The position numbers were made by a program, and so were the translations under genes. A stretch of 64,000 bases of DNA from Octopus vulgaris (lineage: Eukaryota): assembly GCA_951406725.2 (NCBI GenBank), contig OX597818.1, forward strand, positions 105,152,001-105,216,000. Direction: 5' to 3'. Numbering within the stretch: the first letter of the stretch is position 1; each line of letters begins with the position of its first letter. The notes under the pieces are model-generated. The model was not told where the DNA came from. It worked only from the letters and a program-made list of their open reading frames with translations, and did not search any database. Below, one piece after another: positions 23,078-35,973 of the stretch.

Positions 23078-24464
23078 TATAGATATATATATATATACAT
23101 ATATAGTAGAGAATGAAACATCTTTCATCTGTCTCCCCACCACACCTCCATCTAGGGGGGGGCAAAGAGAGATCAGAAAAAAAATTAGAACCTCACACCA
23201 CCACCACCACCACCACCGGGTAATTCAAAGTTGTTCATTTTGATATGGCTCAAGAGGCATTATGGACTTTTAAATGGAGATTGAGAAAAATTGTTTCAAT
23301 TAGAAAAGCAACATTTCTAGAAAATAGTAAATTGAAGTGTGAACACAGCACCTTACAGAGTATAAGTATATGACATTTATTTTTAAAATTTAACTTAATT
23401 TGTTTTATATTCTAAATAATTTGCAATTTCAAAAAATATATTAATTTTGCGTTTTTTAATTTGATAAAGTCTACGGAATAATTTTGCGCGTTTTTTGATA
23501 AATTCTACGGAAAGAATTTAGTGCGAAAAATTTATACATTTATACACAAAGACCTGTTGAGGCAAGCGAAGTTGATATCGAACCTCATCCCACGACAGGC
23601 ACCCATGCCAACCCCCTTTGCTTGCGAAGACATGTTGGGGCAAGTGTGACACCCGGCAAATGCCAGGACCCCTGGACTGGTGGTACGTAAAAAGCACTAT
23701 CCGAATCGTGGCCGATGCCAGAGCCGCCTCGACTGGCACCAATCCGACCGTGGCCGTTGCCAGCCTCGCCTGGCACCTGTGCGGGTGGCATGTAAAAAGC
23801 ACCCACTACACTCTCGGAGTGGTTGGCGTTAGGAAGGGCATCCAGCTGTAGAAACATTGCCAGATAAGACTGGAGTCTGGTGCAGCCTTCTGGCTTCCCA
23901 GATCCCCGGTCGAACCGTCCAACCCATGCTGGCATGGAGAACGGACGTTAAACGATGATGATGATGAGAAGAAATTAATTCATTAAGTTTACCAAATTAT
24001 ATACGTCTGAAAAAAAAAAAAGTTTCACAAATTATATACGTTCGCGTTTGTGTAAAAAAAATTATTAACCAAGTTTTATAAATTATTTACTTTGTTCAAA
24101 AAATATTATTAATATTAATTAATTTTCAAGAATTATTTAATTTATATAATTAATTCATTAATTTTATTCTGTAAAATAGTAATTAATTCATTTCTCTGTA
24201 AATCCGCGAGGAAAGCGACTATGTAATTTTTTTGTGTAAAATTGAAAATGTTATATACACACACACACACACACATATATATTTTTAGTGAAATCCAACA
24301 CCTTTTTTTTTAAGGGGGGGGGGTTTAACGCGCACGCGCGAATTCTGCACTGCGCATGCGCAAGTCACCTCGTAGGATCTCGAGTATCGAGTACCTACGT
24401 CTGGCGCGCGCGCACGCGCAAATTCGCGTGTGCAAAACCGGGACCACGACAATTGACAAGTACC
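21535..24464. mobile_element. 2.93-kb palindromic non-autonomous DNA transposon (about 1.31-kb inverted arms 21535-22846 and 23158-24464, about 310-bp spacer)
   Basis: Termini ggtacttgtcaattgtcgtggtcccgg / ccgggaccacgacaattgacaagtacc. Arms near-identical throughout. Flanks acacgagtc / tcccgagtc (7 of 9 match) look like a decayed 8-9 bp TSD. Confidence 0.85.
22037..22458 (-). mobile_element. (GAT)n-tailed SINE-like retroposon inside the left arm; mirror copy 23544-23966 (+); other copies at about 37366-37550, 41012-41110, 50300-50540, 52440-52755 and 56060-56442
   Basis: Shared core tggcgttaggaagggcatccagctgtagaaac and tail gcatgg..aa.ggacgtta.acgatgatgat. Confidence 0.85.
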
Positions 24465-24472
24465 TCCCGAGT

Positions 24473-24669
24473 CAACGAAGGGCAAACTGCGAGCGAAAGA
24501 CTGCATGCGGCACGCGAGACTTTCTGAACGGCACGCCTAATTTCACGAGGAAAATAACGTTTTTTAGTAGTGCGGCCTGCCTGATGTTAGACCACGTCTC
24601 ATGCAGCTCGCTTGATAAAAAGCCACGCTTTATACGGCCCGCTTGTCGAAAAAAGATTGTCTATGCTTG
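24473..24669. mobile_element. Old hAT-like MITE; similar relics at about 18500-18566, 18839-19170 and 25970-26108
   Basis: Imperfect TIR caacgaagggcaa / ttgtctatgcttg, with internal tgcggc.cgc motifs typical of hAT MITEs. Confidence 0.4.
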
Positions 24670-27145
24670 CTCTACATAGGTCTATGAGGTGCTATAAGTA
24701 ACAGGAAAATCCTCCTTAAATAACGTCTTACCATCATAAATAATGCATTTATTAGACAATGGATAATACCTGATATACAAAAAAGTAGAGATGATCACCG
24801 CTGAGATGTCCATTCATAATAGGTCTATCCACCCGATCAGGTCCTACCTGGAGCTAAACAACAACTAAAGAAATTATATACAAGGCAATGAAGAAGCGTC
24901 TATGTGATCAGTTTAATTGCTAGAAATTGCAACCAAATCTCCCGTACATCATCTCCACCTCAGACCTTAGAAAATGACGTTTCAGGAAATGTCGTCTTAG
25001 GTTTCTTACGCATAACAGAATAGCGATTATGGGATGATCGCGGATGGAATGCCTTTAATCATAGATCTGATCGAACAAAGTTGGTCTGGGGCCAACCCAA
25101 AGTTGCATGGGATGAGTGGGGACAGTACAGGATGGCCACTTTATATATGTGTTTGCTGTAGTCGAAGGTTTGTAACATTTCAGAAGATGGCGGCCAATTT
25201 GCCTACTGCACAGGGTAACCAAAAACCCACTCTTTGCCACTGGGCTAACCGTACCATAAGAAATCAAATGGTTTCTTCCGAAGGCTTAAAATCTCACAAT
25301 TTATAAGAGAGGGGAGAAGGAATGAGATCACACGATGTTTACAGCTTTCTCAAGAATACTATTGTGATTTCCTGGGTCAACTTCCATTCAGCAGACGTGT
25401 AATCAAAGTCATTCCTGTCGTAATCATTCCAACTTTCTCTTTTTTTTTCTTTCTATGTTTATTTACTTAGTTTTGCTATATCTGGTCTTTATTTAAGATG
25501 GGGTGGGGTGGGAGTACTTAGGGGTTTGACTGGAGTTTCTAGCATGTCGAGGGACCACATAGAGGTTACATCGTTGGCTCGCAATACTTTCATCAGTTAT
25601 AGTCCCAGGTCAAACTTGATCGAGTGGACAGACCTTTGAAAAAGACGTTCTCGTCGTGTCTATCCCAACTTTATTTTTTCTGTATATCAAGAAATAGGCA
25701 ATTATTGAGTTTAGGACATCACTTTCCCTTGACGTAACTAAAGTGATGTCCTAATCTCAATAATCGCCTTAACTATATATTATCCTATGCATGATGGATG
25801 GTGGTGATCTGAGGGAGATTTAGCTGCTATTTTTAGTAGGAATGAATTGGGTAAAGCTTAAGTGAAGAGAAATGGATTCAAACAAACTTGGGCAATACAT
25901 ATTTTAGTACAGTACCACAACACAGTATTGGCAAGAAATTAACTAGTACAATGTTACGAAACTTAGTGGGCAGTGCTGTCTCAAATCATGGGCACACTGG
26001 GCAGTTGCTAGGAGGCCCTATAGACTTCGGGGGTCTAACACTATGTATAGATTAGTACATTGCTTTGTCCGGATAGGAAGCTTTTAATGCTAGTTACAAC
26101 AGCCTTGTTGGTGAGGTCGACGAATTGATACAATCATCAGAGCGTTGGACGTAAATGCCTGCGGTGTTAAGTATTTAATGATGATTTTATTGAATACCGT
26201 GCTGAGGTACAACAATGCTTAGTTATGGCTGTTTATGTAATGAGCTCAAATCGCACTGAGGTCAATTCTGAAAGAAGAAGTCGATGAAATAAATTTAGTT
26301 GTCAAGTACCGAGTCTATTTAATATTTCTAGAAAGGTTTCTTGATGTGAACAGTAAACAATAGAAGATAAGGTAATAAAGATAAAACAAAACACGACATG
26401 AACAGAAGTGGAGGGTGGATGAAAAAATGGTAACGAGAGAGAGATAGAGAGGAATTTTGTTTTTTAAAAAATCGATTTCTTACATAAGCACAAGACTAGG
26501 CTAACATTCAATAATTTGTGGTGGTGGTGGTGGTAGTGGTGGGATTAACTGCTGCTTAAAAGTGGTGGACGCAAGCATACTTCATGCAGTAAGACTAGAC
26601 ATTTTAATTTAATTAAAAAATTACTTAATGATGAGAACAGTCATTATAGACTGAAGAAAAAATGATACGTAACGTTCATGCATTTCTCATAGGCACTTAT
26701 CGAACAAAACTATATATATAACCAAAGGCGTTCCAGCCGTGTCCATCCCATCATTTTTATAAGTCAGAAACTAACTACATTCTCTAATACAGTGTTTCTC
26801 CACCGGGAGATACTGTGAGGATTGAAAACAGAATCGACAAATTGTCATATTTAACAAAATTAATGTAGTTTAAATTTTTTCAACTTGCCCAACACCATGG
26901 CGAAGAAAGAAGTTATATTGATGTTATTAATAAAGATGTGGCAGAACAAAAAAGTTCAAGTATTTTTGAAGGGGAAGGATTGGTATTTATCCGCTCTAAT
27001 ATATTTTTTATTTAAGATAATAGCAGTGATTTGGGGAAATTTGGCAGTTATTTCTAGCAGGACAAATAACTAAATAGATTATTATTCTTTAGTTTGATAT
27101 CGAGTCATTTAGCTCTAGAACAGCTCTCATATATATGTATGTATG

Positions 27146-27187
<42 letters not shown>

Positions 27188-28620
27188 CAGAATCACCACA
27201 GTCCAAGATGCCCCATCTTTCAAGATGACTAGGTGGGTAATAGGAAGTCCAGGCAAGAATTTGAAACTTCAACTCTTAGACTACTGACCATTTTCGACCA
27301 TAGTTTAAAGATCTGGTTGCTATTCTTAGTATGCGAACGACCGATATGGAGGTAGAAGTTACATCTCGCTGGTTCGCAAAGGCAAAAATGAAGCTATTCG
27401 AAAGTGAAATCTTATCATGGCGGTGAATGGTAGAAGCATTAGGGAGCCGGCGGACAAAATACCTGTCGTATTTTAACCGTGATTTTTCTCTTCTTTGTTC
27501 AAATCCTGCCTCGGTCAACTATGCCTTCCATCCCTTCGGGGGTGGATAAAATAAACTATCAGTGAATGGATCTAGTTAATATTCCTTTAATACATCCTAG
27601 TTGTGAATGAAATTATAATAGAAATAAAAGTAATATGTTAAGAATTCTAACTTTTTAATTGTTCTGTAAACTTTTCGTTTAGCTACCTCAATAAAAAAGA
27701 TGCGATAAAGAGAAAACTGCATTAAACATTGATTGGAGCGAAAAAACAAATAATATTTCGGTGAGTTCTATCATAGGCACAAACACACAAGGTATTATGT
27801 TCGAAGATGGGAATCCTGCGGTCTTATGAAGGGCGAAATGCGGCCTCATAAAAGAAGTACAACGTTTGAAAGGAAATGGTTATACTGGAATATATTTTTG
27901 CTGATTCAATTTTATTAAAAGCCTATCTTTTCAACAAATTACGAATTTTAAGAAGACATGTATATTTCTTTATCACATGTTATTATTTATATAAGATAAT
28001 AACAATTGGATTAAAAACAGAAACCCGAAGTTTCGACGGGAATGCTTATTCCAAAACTCCGCCCTTTAAACATTTTGTTAGAAATTTTATGAACAACAAC
28101 AATAATAATTATTATTTCAAATGTGACCTTGTCAGATGACAACTATGTGGCCTTCCAACATAAATCGGTTCTCCACCTTTCGTTAATTGATTTAATATAA
28201 ATCTTGGTGTATAACTGGTACTTAAGCGTCTACGTAGCTGCTCGATCTGCTTGAAATAGCAGCCCAGTCTCCCTCATATCATCCTACAATCTTAAAAAAG
28301 ATATATAAAAGTAAACATTAGGTAATGTAATCGAAGATGAACTATACTGAAAAACAAAAAAAAAGACGTGATTCTCACAGCTGAAATATTTAAAATCATA
28401 AATCTGCTCGATTAGGGCTGGACTGGACTAGGGTTAACCAACGGCAACTGACAACAAGAAAGCCTCTAAGTTATTACTCTGCTTGCTAGAAATAGCAGTT
28501 TCATATCACACGGAATGTATTGTTTTGTTTTTATGTATATAATGCATTCATAGAGGAAATAACTTTGATCACATAAGCCTTTTCAACATGAATTCATCAC
28601 CTGCTGGGAGTTAAACACTG
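24660..28620. repeat. Cluster of old diverged copies of one interspersed repeat (also at about 21380-21510, 46700-46960 and 59740-59960)
   Basis: Recurring blocks gctagaaatagcagcc.aatctccctc, cattggataatgta and ggaatgcctttaatcatag.tctg.tcgatcag...ctgggg.taaacaac in both orientations. Confidence 0.55.
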
Positions 28621-30439
28621 ACAGCAACTGGAAATTATTTTCTCGACCCTGAATGGATGAAAGAGGCCAAGTCAATCACGGCTTGATTTGAACTATGAAG
28701 ACGTTAAACTAATCCTCGTTAGACAATTTTTTTGTTTGTTTGAGGCTCTACCGCTTCTGCTGCCATCCGCTACGATTTTATAAATAAAAATGATTTGCGG
28801 GGAGGAGAAAGATTATAATAACGATAACTTCGAACTTTGTAATAATAAAAACATTATGGTGATGGTGAAGATACCGAAGATGATCATTACTAACTCTCAG
28901 ATTAAATAGAACCGCCTATCTGTTTTATCTTTGTTTAGTTGTCGTTTTTAGTTTTAGGTACTTTATTATTATTGTTGTTATTATTATTATTGTTATCATT
29001 AAACCATAACAAACAACTCACTCAACCATCTTTACACAGCGCACTGATTGAATAAAGATATTGCAGCGTATAAACATGCTTTTTACTTTAAGCTTAGAAA
29101 TAATATGAAGCTTAAAAATAACAGATATCGTTCGTCATCATCTTTGTCGTCATTTTCCATAATCATAAATATCGCTGTTTTAAACTTTAAATGCAGTAAG
29201 GAAGAAAGAAGTAGGAGGGGGGATAACAATAATACATTTCTCCCATGTCAAAAAGAGTTTTCCAGAAAATTTTTATTTTTTTTTTTTAATTGCATTTCTG
29301 GAGACAAAGCTTAAACAGATGTTTGTAAATAGTAAATGTATAAATAAATATAACTGCAGTGAAGAGGCATCCCACTCGTCACTCATAAGTTCGAGATACT
29401 TTAGAGCATGTCTCCTTTTATAGGAAATGCATATAGATCAGACGATTGTAGTGTTCCTTAAGTTCAAATTTTATCCTTTATATACATATCACTGTTGAAA
29501 ACTGACACAAAAATGAATTTTATATTAATCTAAAAAGAAACATATATTTGGGGGTTTAAATGTACTGCTATATATACTAAATTTCTGCATATGTGCGTAT
29601 AGATACATAGATAGTATAGATATAAATATATACACGTGTGTGTGAGTGTGTACGTAATGCATAAAAGCATAATTTGTGTATGAATATGCCTATGTTTTTA
29701 TTTGCATTATATATAATTGACTATATATGCATTTTAAACTGGAGTTTTATACAGAGGTAATTTTCTTGGGCAAGGCATAAACGACACAAGCCTCATTTTC
29801 CCGGTCTCTAATTTATTAAATATTTATGGGGGAGGAGGTGAAAAATATTATTTATACACTACAGGTAAATAAATAAATTAGATAGCAGCAACTAAAAAAA
29901 TAAGATGTTCAATAATATTGCAACTGATATATTGTGTTCAATTTCATAATGCAGACGATAACATTATCTCAAGTAAAATATTATCCACCAAATAATAACT
30001 AATTAATTTTCATTACAGAAAACTTTATTTTGTGTTTTCTTTCTCAACGGTATATTTAATTTTTATTATTGGCAACAGAAAATAAATATTCTAAGAGTAC
30101 AAAAATTAATTTTGCTATTGCTTTTCTTTCTACCATCTGTAAGTTGCCAACCTCCTAAGCACTATCAGTATGGCCATAAAATGGAGGCTTTATTTTCAAC
30201 ATAAAAACAACCAATAATAGACCTCTACTTCGTGTCCAACCGTGAATGTATTCCTACGCCTCAGTCGAGAAAAGAAAATACACGAAACAAAAAAATTTAA
30301 TTCATTTAATTATTGAAAAATACAACTGCTCAATACGAACACAGATGATGGTAATACATCTAAGTTATATTTTTGGCAAAAAATAAGCTAATTGTAAACT
30401 TTCATCGAAAATTTTTTGTCATTCTCAAGGGACTCTGTT

Positions 30440-30532
30440 TTCATTATATGTTCGTCGGAGCTCCACGACGACAGCCATATTGCAATGGAACACTACACAG
30501 GTTGCTGTTCTAGCTGAGCTGGAAGAAACTAG
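30440..30532 (+). promoter_or_regulatory. Candidate non-coding first exon / TSS region of Suv4-20
   Basis: CpG-containing stretch in a TE-poor zone ending in donor ctag|gtaaag (30533). Contains a 10-codon uORF (ATG 30485, MEHYTGCCSS*). YY1-like aaaatgg at about 30178. The 5' boundary is a guess. Confidence 0.4.
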
Positions 30533-33500
30533 GTAAAGATTTTCGAATTTTTCCCTAATTTTCTGTCTCTTTAAACAATTTCCCTCTCTTCAAATAATCT
30601 TCAAGGTTTTTATCTTGTTTCTAAATACAGTTCAATCCAAAAGCTGTTAAATTTTTTTTTCTATATTTTGTCATTGGAATAATAAAAAAACAAAAAGATG
30701 TTCTCTCTTCTCCCCTTAGTTTTTATTGAGAAATGGGGGATCTGTATATAGTATAATTGCCATTTAAAAACCTCATCTTTACACACGAATTACACAACAG
30801 TAAGATAATTAGGTGTGATTATAACCTACTATTTAGCTTTTTTTTCCTTTCTCGTTCGCTTTTTCCCTTCATACATAGAGCTTTTGTAAAATGTTTCAGT
30901 AGGAGCCGTTGTTTGAGAATAATAGTTATTTTAAAGCTAACTAAATAGTATAACTAGTTTTGTGTTCCTTTCATTCTATTTTATTATTATCAACATTGAC
31001 TAGAATTCTAATATTGTTGCCTTGCCGAATGAAAATTTACTTCGGTTGCGCTACTTCATGCAACTGGCCATAATATGGGGGATTGTTTTTGCTACTGTTG
31101 CACAATCAATAACAGTCCCCTACTTTATGGCCATTATTAAGTTCACATACACTTAACGGTGCGTTACTTATGATTTTATTTTCGCCTTTAGTATCAATGA
31201 ATGTTAGATCTTTCGTAGAAAAAATATATATACACTCACTAAAAGAAAAAAATCTCTTAGATTTGTTTGTTTAAATTTTCTCCTCCATTATCATATGAGC
31301 GAATTATATAAACCCGATCACACACACCCACCTATTTCATGCTTGCCTGCCGATGAGATTTGAATTCCCATCCTGAAGGAGGATATTTAAATATATTCGT
31401 TATATACAGCTATTTCTAGAACAAAAGTTCAAGTTCCTAACTTAATGTAATTTTAAATCGTTTCTGTTTCCCTTCAAATCCACTTTTTTTTAATATTTAA
31501 ATGCGAAAAACCGCACTAACTTGTATCTGTTTAACCTCGTCGATTTTATATAGTTTTATAATCTAGTTTAGACTAGTGAGGGTTTTTTTTTTCCTTCTTA
31601 AATAATGAAATGTAAGTCTCGGCTGTCAAAACTTTTGTGCAAATATACAAATAGATACATACATAACACATTTAGATGTGCTCTCTTTGTAACTGTTATT
31701 TTGTCTATCTCACTCCCTCTCTCTCTATGTAGCCATTACTCTATCGTAACCCCCCCCCCTTCTTTATATGTAGCTGTTCCTCTATATCTCTCTCTCACAC
31801 TATATATATTTATATAGCTATTACTATGTCTCGCACCCCTCTCTCTCACCCTATATATATATATATTTATTTATTTATTTATACACATATACACAACACA
31901 TATGTGTATGTGTAACTTGCTATTTCCCTCCCTCTCCCTCTCTAATATTCTGTCTCTTTATGTAACTATTTCTCTTTCTCTCTCTCGGTTGTGGAATTAA
32001 AAGAATTGGGCATTCGATAAAATCAACATGGCCCTCCTGCCTCTTACTACACTACTCGAAGCCTCTAATTACCTATATAGATACAGATAGAAATATCCAG
32101 ATAGATAAGATGCATTTTTACAGTGTTATCTAGTTTAATGAAAATTTATATAAATATATATATAATACACACACACAAATTTCTCGTATCTCTCTATTAT
32201 CTGTCAATTGACAGACATTCTTCATGGTAGGTCTTCCTTATCTTTCGCTTTTACAATCCAACCAGGAAACTTAAAAAAAAAAAATTAATACCAGAAGGTG
32301 TTCGTGGAAATCACATAATTTCTAATTCCATCCGTATATCATTTTTGACTAACCTAATTGTCAGGTCCTGTTTCTCCCTTTTCCTTTATTGTACTTTGTT
32401 GCCACCCGTATTTTTCAGTTGACATTTCGACTTTTTTTACGTCATTATTGCAATATTTTCCCGGATTATCGTCCTTCAAATTTTTCTTTTATATAGAGAG
32501 ATAGATAGATATTTGGCTTTTTATCCTTGACAATCCCTCCCTCCACACGAAATAAACATTGTTGTCATCATCTGGTTAGTTCAACATGTGTGTTTGTAAT
32601 GATTTATTTCTGAGAGACGATAAAATCTTTATGTAGCTTGATCTATTCTCTAACGATCGAAGTAATAGAAGTGTGTGTATGTATATAGATAATTTTTTTT
32701 TAATGGTAGTTGTCATGAATAGTCACCGTAGTGTCTTATAGTCATTTCGATATTACTAAAATAGAAAATATTTATTGGTAGCTTTTCTCTCGTTAACTGT
32801 TTGATTTTTAGATCATAATACTTCTGTGAAACTTCAATAATATGCAATAGCAATATGACGGCCTCTGCTGAATACATCTACTGATTTTCACTATTTTCTA
32901 GTAATGTCCCTTACGTCAGCCTGACATTGTCTTGTTATCCTGTTCCTGTTCGATTTAAAGCAGAAAACTGGATTACAATAAATAATTGGAAATTTCAGGT
33001 TAATAAACTTGGGATTAAAAACGATAATTTTAGACATTAATTATCTCCTCTCCTCATTAGGATTTAATAAACGGTTATTACCTTCTACACACTTCTGATA
33101 TCTAATGATTCACGATATCTTTTTTACACAGTCAGTTTTGTGTGTTTAATCTTTAATTGCTAAATTAACAAGAAATGTGTAATTAATCCTCTGCATTATT
33201 AGTTTTTATGCATTTATTATTCCACTATCATGAACAAATTGGGTTCGCATGGGAAGTATTTCGATTTTTGTTTTGCTAATTTGGTTGGAAACACCATGCC
33301 TTATATTCTGTTAGTCATTTACTGAGCAAATAGAATGTATCTGAGAGGTGATGTCATTAAATGTATTGCCTTTACTAGTTACATCAGCAATATCTTAAAA
33401 TCATCTGATTATTTCTCTAAATGTTATACTCTTAGATTAAATCAAGAAAAACATTTGGATTAACGGTAGCTTCAACGATCATTGACTATGGTAGCTTCAG

Positions 33501-35934
33501 TTCTATATAACAGAAGAATCTACCAGACAATAAACACATACCCCACTCTCTCTGCTATTCTGCAATATAATTTCGTTAAAGATGTTAGCCGGTCATTACT
33601 TTCCCAAATTCTGTCCCCCCCACACACACACAAAGTTTTACTGTTATGAAGAGAATATTTTATCTTATAGGCTCTCTTTGCCCGTTGCATGTTATTTTCA
33701 AACCAGTGTAACAATAGTGAGTAACCGATTATGGAGTCATGAAGTGTCTCCCTATGAAGCTTTGTTTTCTTGTGTTTATTGTCGTTGATTGCTGCAATAG
33801 CTTTGAATCTATTCAATTAGTTATTGCTAAATCCTTTATTTAACCTATCTGCAGCACAGAATCTCTAGCTTAAACAGTGTAAGAAATAAAGAATAGGAAG
33901 AACATGTTAGCATAGCTGAGTTCCTTACCGTTTGAAATATTTTATTTCAAGGGATTTGTTTTGCTCCTTCAGTTTCAAACACTAGCTTAAACTGAATCGA
34001 TTAGATGTTTTTTTTTTTTTGTTTTGTTTTTTTCTGTTTTTAACTGTTGTTTATGTATCGTTGTTCTTCCTTGTCGGTGTTACAAAGCTGAATACTTGTA
34101 TGCATTTGTAGGAAAGCACTTCCAAATGTTTACTGAAAATTAATTTTAAAAAAATAGGAAGTAGGCCATTTCTAGCCATTGGCTGAAACAGTTGAAAGAC
34201 AACAACTACACCTTCTGAAAGGTACAAACATAGATTTGCTGTTCACGAGTGAGTGAAGCTTTGCGTTCTGCTCCATTGAGAGCAGCTGCATCATGTAGTG
34301 ATGTGTGCATCTTTCAGATTTCATATTGAAATCATTTCAAGATTTCACATTGAAGTTTCAAACCAGTTCCTTTTCATCTTTCACCTAGTAAGAATATTAA
34401 TTAGGAAGAATTTTTATAGTTACTTTAAAAATAATGTTATATAGTTCCTGAGAATCCACTCTTTTTGGTCTTTCATAATGTATAAAGCATTAGTTTTTTT
34501 TTTTATGTTTAGAAAATTGTTGATATTTAAAAATAATTTCCATCATAATAAATATTAGCAATAATAACAAATTTCTATACGCTGTTTTGATTTTTAATAA
34601 GATAAATGGTTTAGCTAATTTTATGAAGATTGCCGTACGTATATAATTACGATCGTTATGATTCATGTGTTAGATCCCCTTTTATTCGCCTCCCAGCCTT
34701 CTTGTCCGTTAAAGTAATTTGATAGCTGCAGCTTTTCAAATGTGATTGTTATCGGGTTACCCTTCCTTTTATTAGTTTCGAGTTTTTCTTGTAATTATAA
34801 TTATTTCCTTAACGTTTCTAACGAAAATATATGCTTTGAATCATTGATGAAATATTTTATTTGGTGTTTAAGGTTAAAGTTGAATCCTCTTAATAATTTA
34901 ACGGTTTTCGCCAAACTGGTAGTTTGTTGGCTGTTGTGAGTGGTGAGTGAACGACGGCTTACCGGTTGTTGTTACTCTTCACTCGCATACTACACATTCA
35001 GTTCTTTAACTAATTTTATTTATGTAAAAAAAAAATAATAATTTTTAAAAGAATTTTGTCTCGCCAAGCAAATAGCAGAGTAGTCCATTTGGATTTTGTT
35101 ATATAACATTTCCTGTTATAAATTTTACTCACACTTGACGTAGACACGGTATGAGTATTACGTGTTCTTAACGGACACTTTTTTTTTTTTTATCAAAGAC
35201 AACGGGGACAAATGTATGTTATATTTTTTCATATTACTTTAAACAGGTTATTTACAATTTATCACCTGCATACAGTTCTACTTTTGCTTTATAGAATTGT
35301 GTTCTAATATATATAAAATGTTTTAAAATGCTGTATTTGATGTAGCTAATATTGTTTAAAAATTGGACAATATTTTGCAATTGGAACACTCAGCAGAATG
35401 CGTGCGCATGCCTTGGAATAAGAATGTTTACTGATGTAGGGGTCCGTTAATCAAATTTTAACAATTAACTCGTGTTTATATGCAATTATGATTTGTTACA
35501 TTTCACTAAATGTAGATTGTATTTTCTACCTGTGATATGATGTTAGTTATTTACGGAACAGCTTTAAATATTTAACGTTCACGTTATCTCTTTCCTCAGT
35601 CTATCAAGGATTTTGTATTTAATCTTTTTGAGACATTTTCTTTTTTCTGTTTAATTTATTGTTTAATAGATTTTGCTTTCTGTCTCAATGCTATGAGAGA
35701 AAATAAACAAGATTTGTTTATTGTAATATTTATTGTCAGCAATGACAGCATAACTCCGCGATACCTTGACTGGCCAATAGCCTCCCTTATATTTCAACTC
35801 ATTGTAATCTCCAAATTTAGCATTCAGAAATATTTTTCAAATATTCTTGTGAAATTGAATATTTGTTTTCTACAGCAGTTTTATTTGTCCTTATTTATTT
35901 ACAAAATGATCTTTTCTTTTCTTTCTTCCACTAG

Positions 35935-35973
35935 TGATATTTACAATGAATTACCGATGATTGAGTAGCCTTG
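35935..35973 (+). other. Candidate 39-nt 5'UTR micro-exon of Suv4-20
   Basis: Long polypyrimidine tract plus ctag| acceptor, and consensus donor ttg|gtaagt 39 nt later. Contains two tiny uORFs. Confidence 0.5.

Noticed and set aside
22068-23935. Mirror-image ORFs MPAWVGRFDRGSGKPEG... resembling a duplicated gene
   Set aside because: They are readings of the SINE inside the two inverted arms; the same peptide appears at other SINE copies.
31345-31375. tRNA-like B-box fragment on the minus strand
   Set aside because: No cloverleaf or A box can be built. SINE heads elsewhere are likewise not tRNA genes.
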